NCBI GenBank assembly: GCA_001938485.1
Contig: MQRK01171719.1
Span: forward strand, 1-64,000
Origin: Girardia tigrina
Lineage: Eukaryota
Direction of reading: 5' to 3'
DNA: 64,000 nucleotides
Shown here: in pieces, positions 51,646 through 64,000 of the stretch
Numbering within the stretch: the first letter of the stretch is position 1
Layout: the number at the start of each line of letters is the position of its first letter
Notes under the pieces: generated by a model
The model's database searches: none
Told to the model about the DNA's origin: nothing
Seen by the model: the letters and a program-made list of their open reading frames with translations, nothing else
Position numbers and translations under genes: made by a program

Positions 51646-52940
51646 TTGGGTTGAGGAATAAGTTCCCGCCGTTTTTTGAAAAATTAAAATTTTATTTTTT
51701 AACAAAAAAGTTACTACAAATTAATCACAAATATAATCTCCGCCATTGTTCACGACTTCTTCCAATCGTTCAACGAGTTTTTCAATGCCTCTTTGGTAGA
51801 AATCGCCCGGTCTTGATTCGAAGAATTCAGCAAACCAAACTTGCAGTTCTCCATCACTGTTGAACGAAACACCACTCAAAGCGTTAGAAAGCGAACGGAA
51901 AAGATGAAAATCAGATGTAGCCAAGTCAGGTGAATACGGAGGGTGCGGTAATACTTCCCAACCAAGCGTTTGAATGGCTTCTTTTGTCATTCTGGCAATA
52001 TGAGGACGTGCATTGTCGTGTTGCAAAATAACGCCATGATGTCGATCCGGATGTTTTTGTCTTATAACGGCGTTGAGTCTATGCAGCTGATGATCATAAA
52101 GTTCTGCGTTCACTGTTTGTTTTTGAGGAAGCAATTCATAATGAATAATCCCTTCCCAACCCCACCAAACGCATAGCATTGTCTTTCGTGGATGAAGATC
52201 CTGTTTTGCTAGCGGTGTCGATTGTTCTTCTCGGCTACGCCATTCTTTGCGCTGTTTCATGTTGACATACAGGCACCATTTTTCTTCACCCGTTACAATT
52301 CGATAAAGAAATTGTTGGTTATGACCGTGAGTAGAGCGATGACGGGCAAGCAAACTCGCCGAAATTGTGGATCGCTGGTTTATTTTATTTTCGGTCAAAA
52401 GATGTGGGACCTAAGCTCCCACTTTTTGAACTTTTCCCATTGATTTCAGGTGGTTCACGACAGTTTTTTGATCATAATCCATTTGTTCCGCCAATTCTCG
52501 AGTGGTTTGATGCGCGTCTTTATGCAAAAGTTTGTTCAAACGCTCTTTATCGAATTCATTTGGTCGTTCTGAACGAGGTGCATTCTTGAGGTCAAATTTG
52601 CCAATTTTAAATTTTGCGAACCAATAACGAGCGGTTCTATCAGCTATAGCACCTTCTCCGTATACAGCACAAAGCTCTCGGGCAGCGTCAGCGGCTTTGG
52701 CGCCTCAATTATACGCAAACAATAGATGGTGTCGGAAATGCTCATTTTGTCGACTTGACACTCCATTTCAATGGTCTAAAAATCGACAAAAATTAATCTG
52801 AATAAAAATATGAAATACACCATTTTTTAGAGCAAAACAATAGCTTTCAAATAACATATAACAATACATCAAAAAAATTGATTTAAATATTAAATTGATT
52901 AAAAATTCAAAAAACGGCGGGAACTTATTCCTCAACCTAA
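51646..52940 (-). mobile_element. Full-length mariner element (1295 bp)
   Basis: TIRs TTRGGTTGAGGAATAAGTTCCCGCCGTTTTTTGAA with TA TSDs. Confidence 0.97.
51721..52766 (-). pseudogene. mariner DD34D transposase, inactivated
   Basis: MECQVDK/EHFRHHLLFAYN*...; *VPHLL (WVPH motif mutated to stop); IVTGEEKW (first catalytic D>E); HDNARPH; HPPYSPDLATSDFHLF. Confidence 0.95.
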
Positions 52941-54386
52941 TATATAACAAATTTAACAAGGAAAATTTATTAATTTTAAAACCGGTTTATCGACAATTTT
53001 CAGAAAAAAGTCTTATTGTCTAAATGTATATTTTTATTTAAAAAATGAATGAATTTATTATCGTAAAATCATTTAAAAGCAGAATTTCTGAAAGAAATTT
53101 CGGAATATTTTTTTTGTTTCAAATATCTTTCATTGCGTCTGCATTTTCTTTTATAACAGTTGGTAAAACTGTATTAAGTAAATACTAAATTTACAAATTT
53201 TCTTATAATGTTTTGTGTTAACAACCGTTGAATTAGTATATAATAACCCCATAAAATAAGTTTAGGTAGGTAAAACAGTAATTATAACTGAGTTTTAACC
53301 AAATGTCATCAATAGTGTAACTCCCGCAAATTTTCCAATAATTTTCATATAATAAATTGGTCCCAAGAGAAGTCTTTTTAATTTCTTATAACAACACCAA
53401 AAGTGACATCTATCCACAGCTCTGAAACAACTGTTTGTATTTTTTATACTCTTTCCACTATTTACTAAATAATTTTCTATTCAGGCAATCTTATTTTAAA
53501 AAATATTTATGGCAAACCTGTCTGTCAATTAACTGATTTTTATAAATAGGTCAGTTAAAAACATGGATCTATTTTATTAGAATAGTTATTTATTAGCATA
53601 TTGTAAAAGTAGAGGAACCAAAATTAAACCAAATAGTAAGAGTAAAATTAAGTTCAAAATAATAGTTCCTTTTCGATTTTCTATAAAATTAAGTATGACT
53701 AAAATTTTGAGTGCCAAAAATGAATATAATGTTTGTAAAATTGAGTTGACAGATTTATAGATTTATAGAAATCTATAAAATCACATTTAGCCAAATAAAT
53801 AATATGTAAGAGATAATAAAGTGTGTGGAAGTAGATTATTTCATATTCAAAAGCTTTTAAAACTATTAATGTAAAAAATTAAAGATTAAAAAAATTATAT
53901 ATATATATATATATATATATTTCGAATTATATTAATTAAATAACTTTCGAAAATGAAGAAAAACACAATTAATCACCACCAAAAATTAGTAAATTTTATA
54001 GAGAAGTCACAAGAAATAAATACGTTACTTTTTATATAGAATGTCGAATAATTTTAAGGTTTGTTAGATCAATGGAGGTGAGAAGAAGTGTTCGTTATGT
54101 TTTAACTGTAATATGAGCTGTTATAGGTTCTTTTTGGTGAACTGTAAATTTTGATATTTTTAAATTAAAAATCATATTTATATATGCGATAAATTAAAAT
54201 AATGTTTTACTAATTAAATTGAAATAAATTTTTTATTAAAAAATATAGTGTAATGATAATATTTTATTAATTAAATGGAAACAACTTTTTACAAACAATT
54301 AGGTTTTAAAAAATCACAATGAAAATAACAGCTTCGTAGTTAAAGAATATTGTAAAGAAGATTTTGATATATCTTGTAACACTATT

Positions 54387-57300
54387 TGTAACACGCGAAA
54401 AGTTTGTTTTCAAAACACTGTTTAATTGATAATTCAAACAAAATATTTATCAAAAAAGCTTATATTAAATATTTCAAATAATTAAAATATCTAATATCCA
54501 ACACTCCCACCAGCTTCGTCCTCAGAAGAATCTGAATCCACGAGGTAATCATTTCGATAAGACGGTCTTCGTCTTTCTCTACTAGTCCTACTGTTCAATG
54601 ATTGTTCCTCTTGTGTTTGATTGTCTGGTAGTGATGTGGTTTCCCCATATTCATATAGTATGACTTGGAATTTTCAACAAAGTCAGGCTATCTAGGTCGA
54701 ATTCTGCGATGTGTCTTGGACCGCAAAATCCGTTGCAATTTACTAGATATTTCCTTTTGATCTATTCTTTTCACGACAACACCCTTGGCCCATTGATGTG
54801 TAAATGATGTACTGTTTTCCGGTTTTATCCACACTAATTGATTCTCAACATAATCTGGATTTCCACAAAACGGTTCCTTTTCTTCCAATTATATCTAACC
54901 CTATGGTCAAATAGCTATACAGCGCCGTGCTTGGTGTTTCTTTTCCTTCAGATGGAGTGTTATTATACCACCATAAGGCTTTCAATATGCTAATATTTGA
55001 TCTGGACGCAATTTTTTTGATTGCTCTATCATTCCTTTCTATTATTCCGTTGCAGTTAGATCGATTGATGACACTATACATGACTCGAACGTTCCACTTT
55101 TCCATTAGCTTGTTGAATTCTACCAAATACAATGTGGCATAATTATCGATAATTAGTTCCTTGGCAGACCCACGTTAACAAAACAAACTTAAAAATTCTG
55201 AGATAATTGATTTGACGTCTTCAGCCTTAATTAATTTCCATATTGCAAAGCGAGAAGGACCACAATAGATTACACTTAAAAATTTTTGTTGATTGTACTT
55301 TGTAAGCAAGTCTTGTCCAGTTTTCGTTGACGCTCAGCCTACCGGTTTTCCATTTTACGGGTGCCGGATCGATGGATTGACATTTTTGACATCTTGAAAT
55401 CAGATCCTTGATATCCGCGTTTGATACACCTATTCCTTGCTTCGCACATAGATATCGCATTCTGTTTGCCCCTAAATGACACTTATCATGAAGTTGCTCC
55501 AGCTTGAGTAGATCGTCCGTAACCATTAAAAAAACAATTGCTTCTTTTTAATTGTTTTTGGATTCTTGTCAACTCGTTCGCCTTTTTATCTTCGCTATTA
55601 ACAAACTCAATCTTCAAATCGATTTCATACTCCTGACACAGCTCCTTGATCATCAATAGTCTTCGTTTTATTAAAAGCTCAGATGAAACCTTGGTATTTA
55701 ATTTTTCGCGATCTGAGATTGTTGTGGTTACCCACGAAACTACTGATTTATTATCCGATTTTACTATCACACTCCTTAAACCCCATTTCACACATAAGTT
55801 TAAACCATTTACAACTACTTCTAGTTCTGCTACATTAATATGTCTAGAATCATCAGTTTTTCTCAACCATGATGCATCCTCGATTATGTTCCCTTTGACT
55901 TCTAACGCCACACCAATGGCTATTGAACTTGCGTCGGACCATATAATACCTTCCCTGCAGTCATCAATGGCCCATAAACCTCTGCAATGATCACTCGCCC
56001 TCACTGTCTTTAAAACCCATTTAATATTCTATAATAATTCATCATCTATCTTTTTATCGCACCTTCCCTCACTAAGTCGTTTAAGATATGAACATGACTG
56101 ACGTAGCCAACTAGCTACCGGATGTATTTCTACTAATTGTCCACATAACGAATATAACTCACGACGGAAAATTGATTCCACATCCAACTCATCCCTTATC
56201 TGATTATTCCTCTTCCATCTCACTACACGTTGGTCCATAAAGACTTTCATTCTTAAAACTCGAACTTCGTTGGCTTGTGACAGATTTTCCGGTTTTTTAC
56301 ATTTGAGACCGAAGTTATTGAACACTTTTTCTACTTCTTCAACAGAAATGAAACTTTCATTTACATAAATATCATCAATATAAGAGTTGGTATTTTCACG
56401 CATCCTGGTGTCAGAGTTTAGAATCCACCTGACGATTTCGGTCATTATAGTTAGTGCAATGTTTAAACCAAAACCCATCCTAGTTAAAGCATATTTCTTG
56501 TTGTTAACGATACAAGATTGGTAACGCCACATCTCCTTATGAACATGAATCTACATGTACGCCTCTGACAAATCAAGCATTGAAAAAGTCGAACCCCTAC
56601 GTCACCAATCGCGGAGCTTTTCTAAACATATGTCCGCAGAACCACTATAAACGTCCACGTAATTGTTTAATTTTCTAAAATCAAAAATGGGTCTTATCTT
56701 GGACTTATTAGCCTGTAATATTTCAAATATGGGTATGGATCCCATCGATTTACCCATTTCTTTCTCATTGTACTCGATTGGATAACCCTTTTCTTCCCAA
56801 CCGTCTAAAATTTTTAACGTTGAATTTTTCAACATCTTTTAATTTGTTGTCCTTAAAAATTGACTGACGATTCGGAAGATGACTCGGAGCCTCACTTTTC
56901 CAATTCCATTTAATCGACCAATTTTCCTTAAACTCAATTTCAAAATTATGATTTTTTATACTAACAAGATGTGCATACGATGCAGTACAACTCAAGTTAC
57001 TATTTATCTCTTTAATTTTTTCTTCGCCGAACTCAATAACACCCTTATTAATTCTCACACCGCCCAATTTACATATGACATCCATACCTATTAAGATCTG
57101 TAGACCATACGGCAAATGTTCCATGACCGAACATTCCACCCTAATGATCCTGTCATTTATATTCAACCACACTTCACCCGAACCCACTCTAACACCCTTT
57201 CCATTCGCCAAAACCATACTTTCTCCGTCAGAAAACAACATACAATCTCTAACTAACCATTTTAAAACAACCGTTTTCGAACAACCCGAATCAATCAACG

Positions 57301-58251
57301 CTATGTCTGACCTGTCATTTACGGTGACGATCATCGTCGGCAACGCCTGCCACTGTGAAGGGAGAGAGCCGGCACCTACAAACTCCCCTGTTCGTTTCCC
57401 GACCGACAATATTTTGCGATATGACCCGGTTTCTGACATTTGTAGCAAATTGTTTGTCTGTTTGATTGCCACTGAGAACCTTTATGATGATAACTTTCCT
57501 TCGATTTAGTGTCTCTCTCACGATGAACATAGGGTCCTTTCTGAAGATTTGCTCTGGGTTTATCGAGTTTTCCCTGACCTCCGGAACTCCCTATTTCTTT
57601 GTTGTTGTTTCCGTGTTGTATTGCGCCATTGAACCATGTAATAAACCACTTTTAATCCCCAAATACCTGCGGATATACTCGATCATTTCGGCCAGGGGTT
57701 GGTCACCGGCCCGTTCCAAATCCACCTGCAACTCAAAAGGCAGTTCAGCCATGAAGGTAGCCTTTGTTAGATCGTCGACCTTTGTTGCAAACATCTTCAC
57801 CTAAGACGCATATTCATCGATAGTCTCGCCCTCGTGATACTGTAAATTTATCAATTGACTGTACACAGAATGTCTAGTCAGGCCGAACGAATTATTTAAT
57901 ATCTTGAAGAACCGATCGTAGCTGCTTTGCGTCTTCTCGTTCGATTCCATGTAGATGTTCAGTGCAACCTCTGATAGTAAAAAAGGGAGATACGGGGCTG
58001 GATCAGTAATCTTCTGGATTTTCATGACCATTTCAAATTTCTTCTGCCAAATCTCGAAGCTGTTGCTTCCATCGAATTTTTCCAAAAACTCCAAAACGAT
58101 TTTCATATCATTCATTATAACCGGATAGCTTGTAACACACGAAAAGTTTATTTTCAAAACACTGTTTAATTGATAATATTTAAACAAAATATTTATCAAA
58201 AAAGCAATTATATTAAATATTTCAAATAATTAAAATATCTAATATCCAACA
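54387..58251 (-). mobile_element. Complete, degenerate compact Ty3/Gypsy-like LTR retrotransposon (3865 bp)
   Basis: LTRs at 54387-54503 and 58131-58251 (TG..CA), near-TSD CTATT/CAATT, purine-rich PPT GGTGGGAG next to the 3' LTR, domain order gag-PR-RT-RH-IN. Confidence 0.95.
54504..58115 (-). pseudogene. gag-pol (gag, aspartic protease, RT, RNase H, integrase) with stops and frameshifts
   Basis: FDGSNSFEIW (gag), ALIDSGCS (PR), KIRPIFDFRKLN / LTRMGFGLN / SYIDDI (RT), WSDASSIAIG..HINVAEL (DIRS-like RNase H), H..CHLG..CQKC and NGIIER..YNNTP (IN). Confidence 0.93.
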
Positions 58252-60156
58252 CAATTTAAAATAAAAAAATCATAATGTTTATTGAATTTAATTTTCAATG
58301 GAAAGTTGTATTAAAAAAATAATTTATTGAATGTTTTAAAATCAAGTTCTAAAATAAAAATCATAATGTTTTATTGAAGTCCACAAAAATTCTTATTAAA
58401 AATAATTTATAATTGAATGTTTTCAAATTAAAGAAAAAATTATTTAGGAATTGAATTTTTGTCCATTAAAATAATTTTACAGTTTTACACAGTTTTGTTT
58501 AATTTCTTTGTTACCTTTTAAAGTAAATTATATCTATTAAATTTATATTAAAATTGTATTATTCAAACATTTACCAAATATCCGAAAATTGATGATGATG
58601 ATGTATGTAAACATTGAAACATGTCCAATAATAATATAAAAAAAGCTTTAATCAAATTATATTTTCGAAATACTAAACTTGCGTTCACAAGACTCAATAT
58701 TATATATACTTAAGATATACATATAAATATTTATAATATATATACTCAATATAAGCATTTAATAAAGAATAAATATAACATATAAATATAAGTATAACTA
58801 ATTAATGTAGGGATAATGTTCTAGAAGTATATCTACAATCTTTTACTTTACAAAATTATAATAAAATAATTTAAAGCGTTTTGACACGAAATATTGAAGG
58901 AAAAATAAAAATTACTCAAATTAATGTTGAGGAAATTTAGAAATAGACAAAGGATTTTAATTAAAATTGTTACAGTTATTACTATTTAGTTCAAATGTAA
59001 TAACTATTATGACCATTTATAACAAAGAATAATAGAATATAATAATTTTTTAAAAAGATTATAAGGGAGATTAAATTTACATCTAAAATTCAATAAATTA
59101 TCCTGAATCCTTTTCAAAAGTCTTTTTTGACATCAACTAATGACTAATAAAATTCAAAGTAAAAATTATAATTAATAAGCCGGGACATTTTGACAGTATT
59201 CATGAATATTTTCATTCTAAAGTACAGAAAAAAAAGAAAATTGGAAAAGATTTTTCAAAGAAGTAAATCTGTAAAAACCAACAACTCGATTTTCTTTAAC
59301 AATATTAATTTTAAATTTTAACCCAAATTTGTGAGTATTTTTTGTAAAAAAATCTTTTCATTGAAATATTTTCCTTTCTATTATAACAATGTGAAAAGGT
59401 TTAATAAATAAGAGATAGGGAACACAAGAAAGAGATGTATCTAACATTATCATTATATACAAACATATTGTAATTAATCTGTAAAATCTCATATGGGTTG
59501 TTAGTCGTTGAAGATGCCAGGGATATATAAGAAACTTTAGGAAACATTATTAAACTAATCTCATAACTTCTTGCTAAAAACGTTTTAAAGAAAAATAGTA
59601 AGTTAACAAATAGTTAAGTTGGTTAGAAAAATACTAAATGTTTGGGATTATTAAAATAAATATTATCAAATCCAATTTTAAATTCCCTCTGAGTCATTCA
59701 AATTTGAAAATACTACAAAAATTATCAGAAAACACTTCAAAAATACAGATTCAAACAATATACACACTTTGAAAGATTTCTCAATACATGTATATAAAAA
59801 AATTGCGTTATTTGTCATACAATAAATCAATATAGCACATTTCCAATTTTAAATGTTCATTAGAAAACATATTCACAAAGAATTTTGTGGTACCGTAAGT
59901 TATATTTCAGTGAACGTATAAATTTAATACGTATAAAAATACTTCACTTTGTCTTAATTTGATTGGATAATTCATTTTCTACATTTAATCAATTTTTTAA
60001 AAATTAATTAACTATGTTTCAGTAATTATCCTTTCATAATTGTGTTCCGATGTTTACTAATGAAATGTTTAAATTGAATTGAATTTATTTAACTTCAAAT
60101 AATGTTTAATGTAAATTCTGAATTACTTATTAAATTATCGTTGTCAATTGTTTTAT

Positions 60157-60830
60157 AGGATGTTTATTCGAAAAAAATAATAATGGAAACAATAACTAAA
60201 GATAATAATTGAAATGTTAATTAATTATCAACAGAGAGAAAAGAAAATATGTTTTAAGATTATAAATAAACAGGAAAATTAATCACAATAGATATGCATG
60301 TAAAAATAGAATAGAAATTGTCAATACAGTATGTACACAGTAAGGATTGGGATTGCTTAATTAATGGAATATAAATGAATGTTAAATTTTGAAATAAGAT
60401 TTTTAATTATTCTTTAAAATCATCTATATCACAAGGAAAAAATCATAATAAATTTTACAACATTTTTTATTTTTAATTTGATTGTTAAAAGGAAAAAACG
60501 TTTATTGTTTGTTATATTTATAGGTGTAACCTAAAAATAATTCGTTTTTTTAAAAAAATTTTTATATCAGTTTGTAGTCATCGATTTTCTTATTTTATAA
60601 TTATTTTAATGTAATAAAAATATTTTATGTTTAATATTTGTGTAGTATAGTACATTTTATCATGTAATATCTTCGTGTTGGTATTGTTATGCTGGAATTG
60701 TAAAAATTTTACTCGAAGCAGAAAATGTAAATTTCTCAATACTTGCTATATTATGTTATTAAATGAAAACTAGGGAGGTCGATAAATTAGTGTACAATAC
60801 AGGAGTAGCGTAAATCTGACTAGTAAACGT
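60157..60830 (+). pseudogene. Possible decayed ankyrin-repeat gene fragment
   Basis: RYACKNRIEIV (~60290) and SCWYCYAGIVKILLEAENVN (~60670) resemble ankyrin helices; many stops. Confidence 0.3.
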
Positions 60831-61385
60831 TAGATGTAACAAATGACAATAAAGTTAATCTCAGACATTTGAATAAAATCTAAAGTATAAAAAAAGATCA
60901 AACAATCTTAGGCAATCAACAACAGCAGAAAATGTTGTTCAAATGAGTGATCTTATAGAAGCAGATTATAAATATTCAAGAAAACCCTATAAAAACCTTG
61001 AGTTTCAGTTCAATGTATTCTTACCAAAGATCCTTATAAACACATTGGTTTTTTAGTCATATCTTTCATATACTTACATTTGAAAGGAAACAAGCCAGAG
61101 TAAAAATAGTAAAAGGTTTGTGATTTTGAAAATGATTTATCATTGCACAACTGACAAATACACTTTTACTTCTACTTAAATGATCTTTAATAAATTATTA
61201 ATTAATAATGCTGAATATTTGCTTTAAATCATTACATTTTTATGCATACTTTACTTTATTCACAACACAGATGTTTATAGTACTGCATTTGATAATTCAT
61301 TTAATTTGCGTTTGTTATTTTTCAAAGTAAGACTTCCATTATTTGTTTTAATGAACACAAATTTTTCTGGGTACTTCTATATGAT

Positions 61386-64000
61386 CGTATTACGAACATT
61401 TAAACAAGTAACGCTTGAACTTTTATTACAATCACATTTAAGATCATTATGACTCTCAGAAAGTCTTTCATCGTTTGTTATCATTCTAATTGGTTTTCTT
61501 ATTTCTGTTTTTAATCATGATTATTCGAACAATTTTTCTGAGTTATTTTTTAAAATATTTAACCTCTAAAAAATATTAATTAAAAAATAATATTTTTTAC
61601 AATTTCTTAATAAATCCCAAAATATTAAAAATGCATTTAATTTAAATTTTACTAAAAATTATTAACCTTAATTTTAATTTGTGAAATTATAAATATGAAC
61701 TTATCAAATGATTATTTTAATTATGGTCAAATAGTCAATGACTTTAAATTTAAATAAAAAAATACCAATTTCCATCTGGGTGGGAGAATCACCATTCTAA
61801 ATTCAACATACTTAAATCAATATACAGCATCCATACATTTACACGTTCAAACAATTTAAAATATTCCTCACATCCCCCTCGGTTTAAATTGCTTTAGCCA
61901 TTCTACATTTCTGATCAAGATCCTGCCATCCTCTAGTTGTATCTCATAACTTCTTTGTGTCTTTGTTTCATGATTTTAGCTGGTCCCATATAACGATCAT
62001 CATCTTTTGATGGGTTAAATTTCTTTATCACGACTTTATCTCCGATCTGAAATATTCGCTTTGTTTCAATTATATTTTTATTTTCTTTTTCTCCACTTTT
62101 TCCTTCTGTTATAATTTTCCACCAATCTTAGTTTTCTTCCGAAGATTATTTCGGCTGGAGATATTCCAGTTGTTGCTTGAATTGTACCGTTTAATATGAA
62201 TTTTATTTCTGCCAACATTTCTCCCCAATCTCTGTGCATTTCATCCGTTAATCGTATACTTATGGCGTCTCTTATTGTTCTGAATTGTCTTTCTATGATC
62301 ACGTTAGTGTTGTGGTGATAAGGGTTTGAATAGACTATCTCCGTCTTAAATTTCTTCGTCGTTTCTTTAAAGAGTGCTAATTCGAATGTTTTCACTCTAT
62401 CAACGTATATCTCTTTTGGTGATCCTAATTTCCAAATCCATTTATCCAATAGTACCTTTCGTGTAGTCTTCTCGCCTTGGTGTGCTACTGCAGTCAAGCT
62501 GATATATCTACTAAATTGATCGAGTATTGCTAAAATGTATTCGTATCCATTCATAGTCCTTCTGAATGGTCCGCAAAAGTCCATGTAAATTTTTTGAAAT
62601 GGTTCGTCGGCAGATTGTTTAATGTAAACACATTATGTAAACACAATGTGTTTCTCTTTCGTTTTTGCCGTCAGCGTCTTCCTTTTCTGGCAGTTTTCAC
62701 AACTTTGTACGATTTTCTTTATCTGTTATCTTATTTCATACATATCAAAATCATCTTTTATGTAATTGTATACTTTCTTACTTCCTGCATGGCATAAAAT
62801 TTTATGTATATTTTCTATGAAGTCTGTTCTCTTCTTCATATGGATCCAATAGTTGTTATCTCTTGTCTTCACGATATTGTTTTTCAGTAGTCATTCTTTT
62901 GTCTTTCCCATTCTAATATTTTCTTTAATCTGTTCTATTTCTTCATCATTCGTCTGCCAAATAAACCCTTCTGAATCTTCTGTTAATTCTAGGATTCTAG
63001 TTTTCTATTCAGACAATCTTATTTTAAAAAAAATATTTATGGCAAACCTGTCTTGCAATTAACTGATTTTTATTAATAGGTCAGTTAAAATTCTAGTTTT
63101 AACTTTTCCTTTTTAGCGTCATCGTGCATTGTCTTTACACATAATTCACATGTATTTCTCGACATTTCGTCTGCATTGGTGTGTTTTTCGCTCTTGTCAT
63201 CCATCATCATGTCTAGTCCACTAAGGAAGTTAATCCAAGTTTGGAATTGTGGAGTTATTGGGTTCTTTGTTGTCATAATGAATGTGATGGCCTTATGGTC
63301 CGTTCTAGGTAGAAACTTCTTTCCGTATAAGAAATGTTTGAAGTGTTGGGTAAAGTAATAGATTGCCAATAATTCTTTTCTTGTAATACAGTATCCCAGT
63401 TCGTGTTTATTCATCTTGTGGGATCCATATGCAATTACTCTTTCCCTTTCGTATGCATCCTTCTGTGCCAGTACTGTCCCGATTGTATCAAAACTGGCGT
63501 CTGTATCCAGTATAAACTCCTTTTCGAAATCTGGATATGCTAGGATCGGTGTTTTTGTCATTTTATCTTTTAATGTCTGAAATGCTTCGTCACATTCCTT
63601 TGTCCATGTCAATTTTTTATCTTTATTTTTTCCACATAGCACTTCCAGTATTTTTGAATATTTTGCATAATCCTTCAAAATTTTCTATAATAGTTCATTA
63701 GCCCCAAGAAACTTCTTAAATGTTTAATGCTTGAAGGATTTTGAAATTTGTTGATTGCTTCAATTTTCGTTTTATCCGTCTCTATCTTTCCTCACGACAT
63801 ATCCTAAAAATTTAGTCTTTTCTACCATGAATTGACACTTTTCAGGGTTTATCCAAAGGCCCGATTCCTCAATCTTTTGAAATATGTGTTCGACTCGTCC
63901 AAAATGTTCTTCTTTGTCTTTTGCGAAGATCAGAATATCGTCCAGGTATACAACTGCTTCTTTTCAGTTTAATTCTCCTATCACTCTTGTCATTAGTTCT
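61386..64000 (-). mobile_element. Ty3/Gypsy LTR retrotransposon, 3' half (RT, RNase H, integrase, PPT, 3' LTR 61386-61872), degenerate; continues beyond the window
   Basis: VVYLDDILIF (RT), FILDTDAS..YCITRKELLA..RTDHKA (RH), H..CHAG..CENC and MDFCGP..DQFSRY..IIERQFRT (IN), PPT GAGGGGGA immediately before TGTGAGG. Confidence 0.95.
63005..63089. other. 85-bp insertion flanked by the 11-bp direct repeat ATTCTAGTTTT; second copy at ~53473-53560
   Basis: Direct repeats at 62994-63004 and 63090-63100; removing the insert and one repeat copy gives the continuous pol-like peptide KVKTRILELTEDSEGFIWQ. Confidence 0.9.

Noticed and set aside
51970-57804. Plus-strand ORFs overlapping the mariner and Gypsy coding regions
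   Set aside because: They are antisense shadows of the minus-strand TE genes.
16203-60900. Idea that TAA/TAG are reassigned to Gln because several decayed frames read through them (e.g. 49190-49445, 59490-59590)
   Set aside because: Comparable decayed frames also contain TGA stops and frameshifts, and transposase ORFs end at TAA at their conserved C-termini; ordinary pseudogene decay explains it.

Overview
AT-rich eukaryotic (probably invertebrate) genomic window with five assembly gaps and no intact host gene that I could recognise; it is a nested transposon graveyard. From left to right it holds: the right end of a Polinton/Maverick (pPolB C-terminal remnant, minisatellites, GC-rich terminus with a 21-bp-phased array of RFX X-box motifs); a decayed Penelope-type hammerhead; a heavily decayed M1 aminopeptidase gene interrupted by an RTE LINE and a Helitron; a MULE whose start is a back-to-back TIR junction with a 9-bp spacer; RTE and Penelope RT fragments; Tc1, maT-like, mariner, pogo/Tigger, P/THAP and hAT remnants; seven 3' ends of one non-autonomous Helitron family; four copies of one Gypsy LTR; a complete but degenerate 3.9-kb Gypsy-like element with ~120-bp LTRs and a non-canonical primer-binding site; and the 3' half of a second Gypsy whose pol carries an 85-bp insertion that has a second copy 9.5 kb upstream. 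All calls come from manual reading and translation, with no database searches. Boundaries of decayed elements are approximate.
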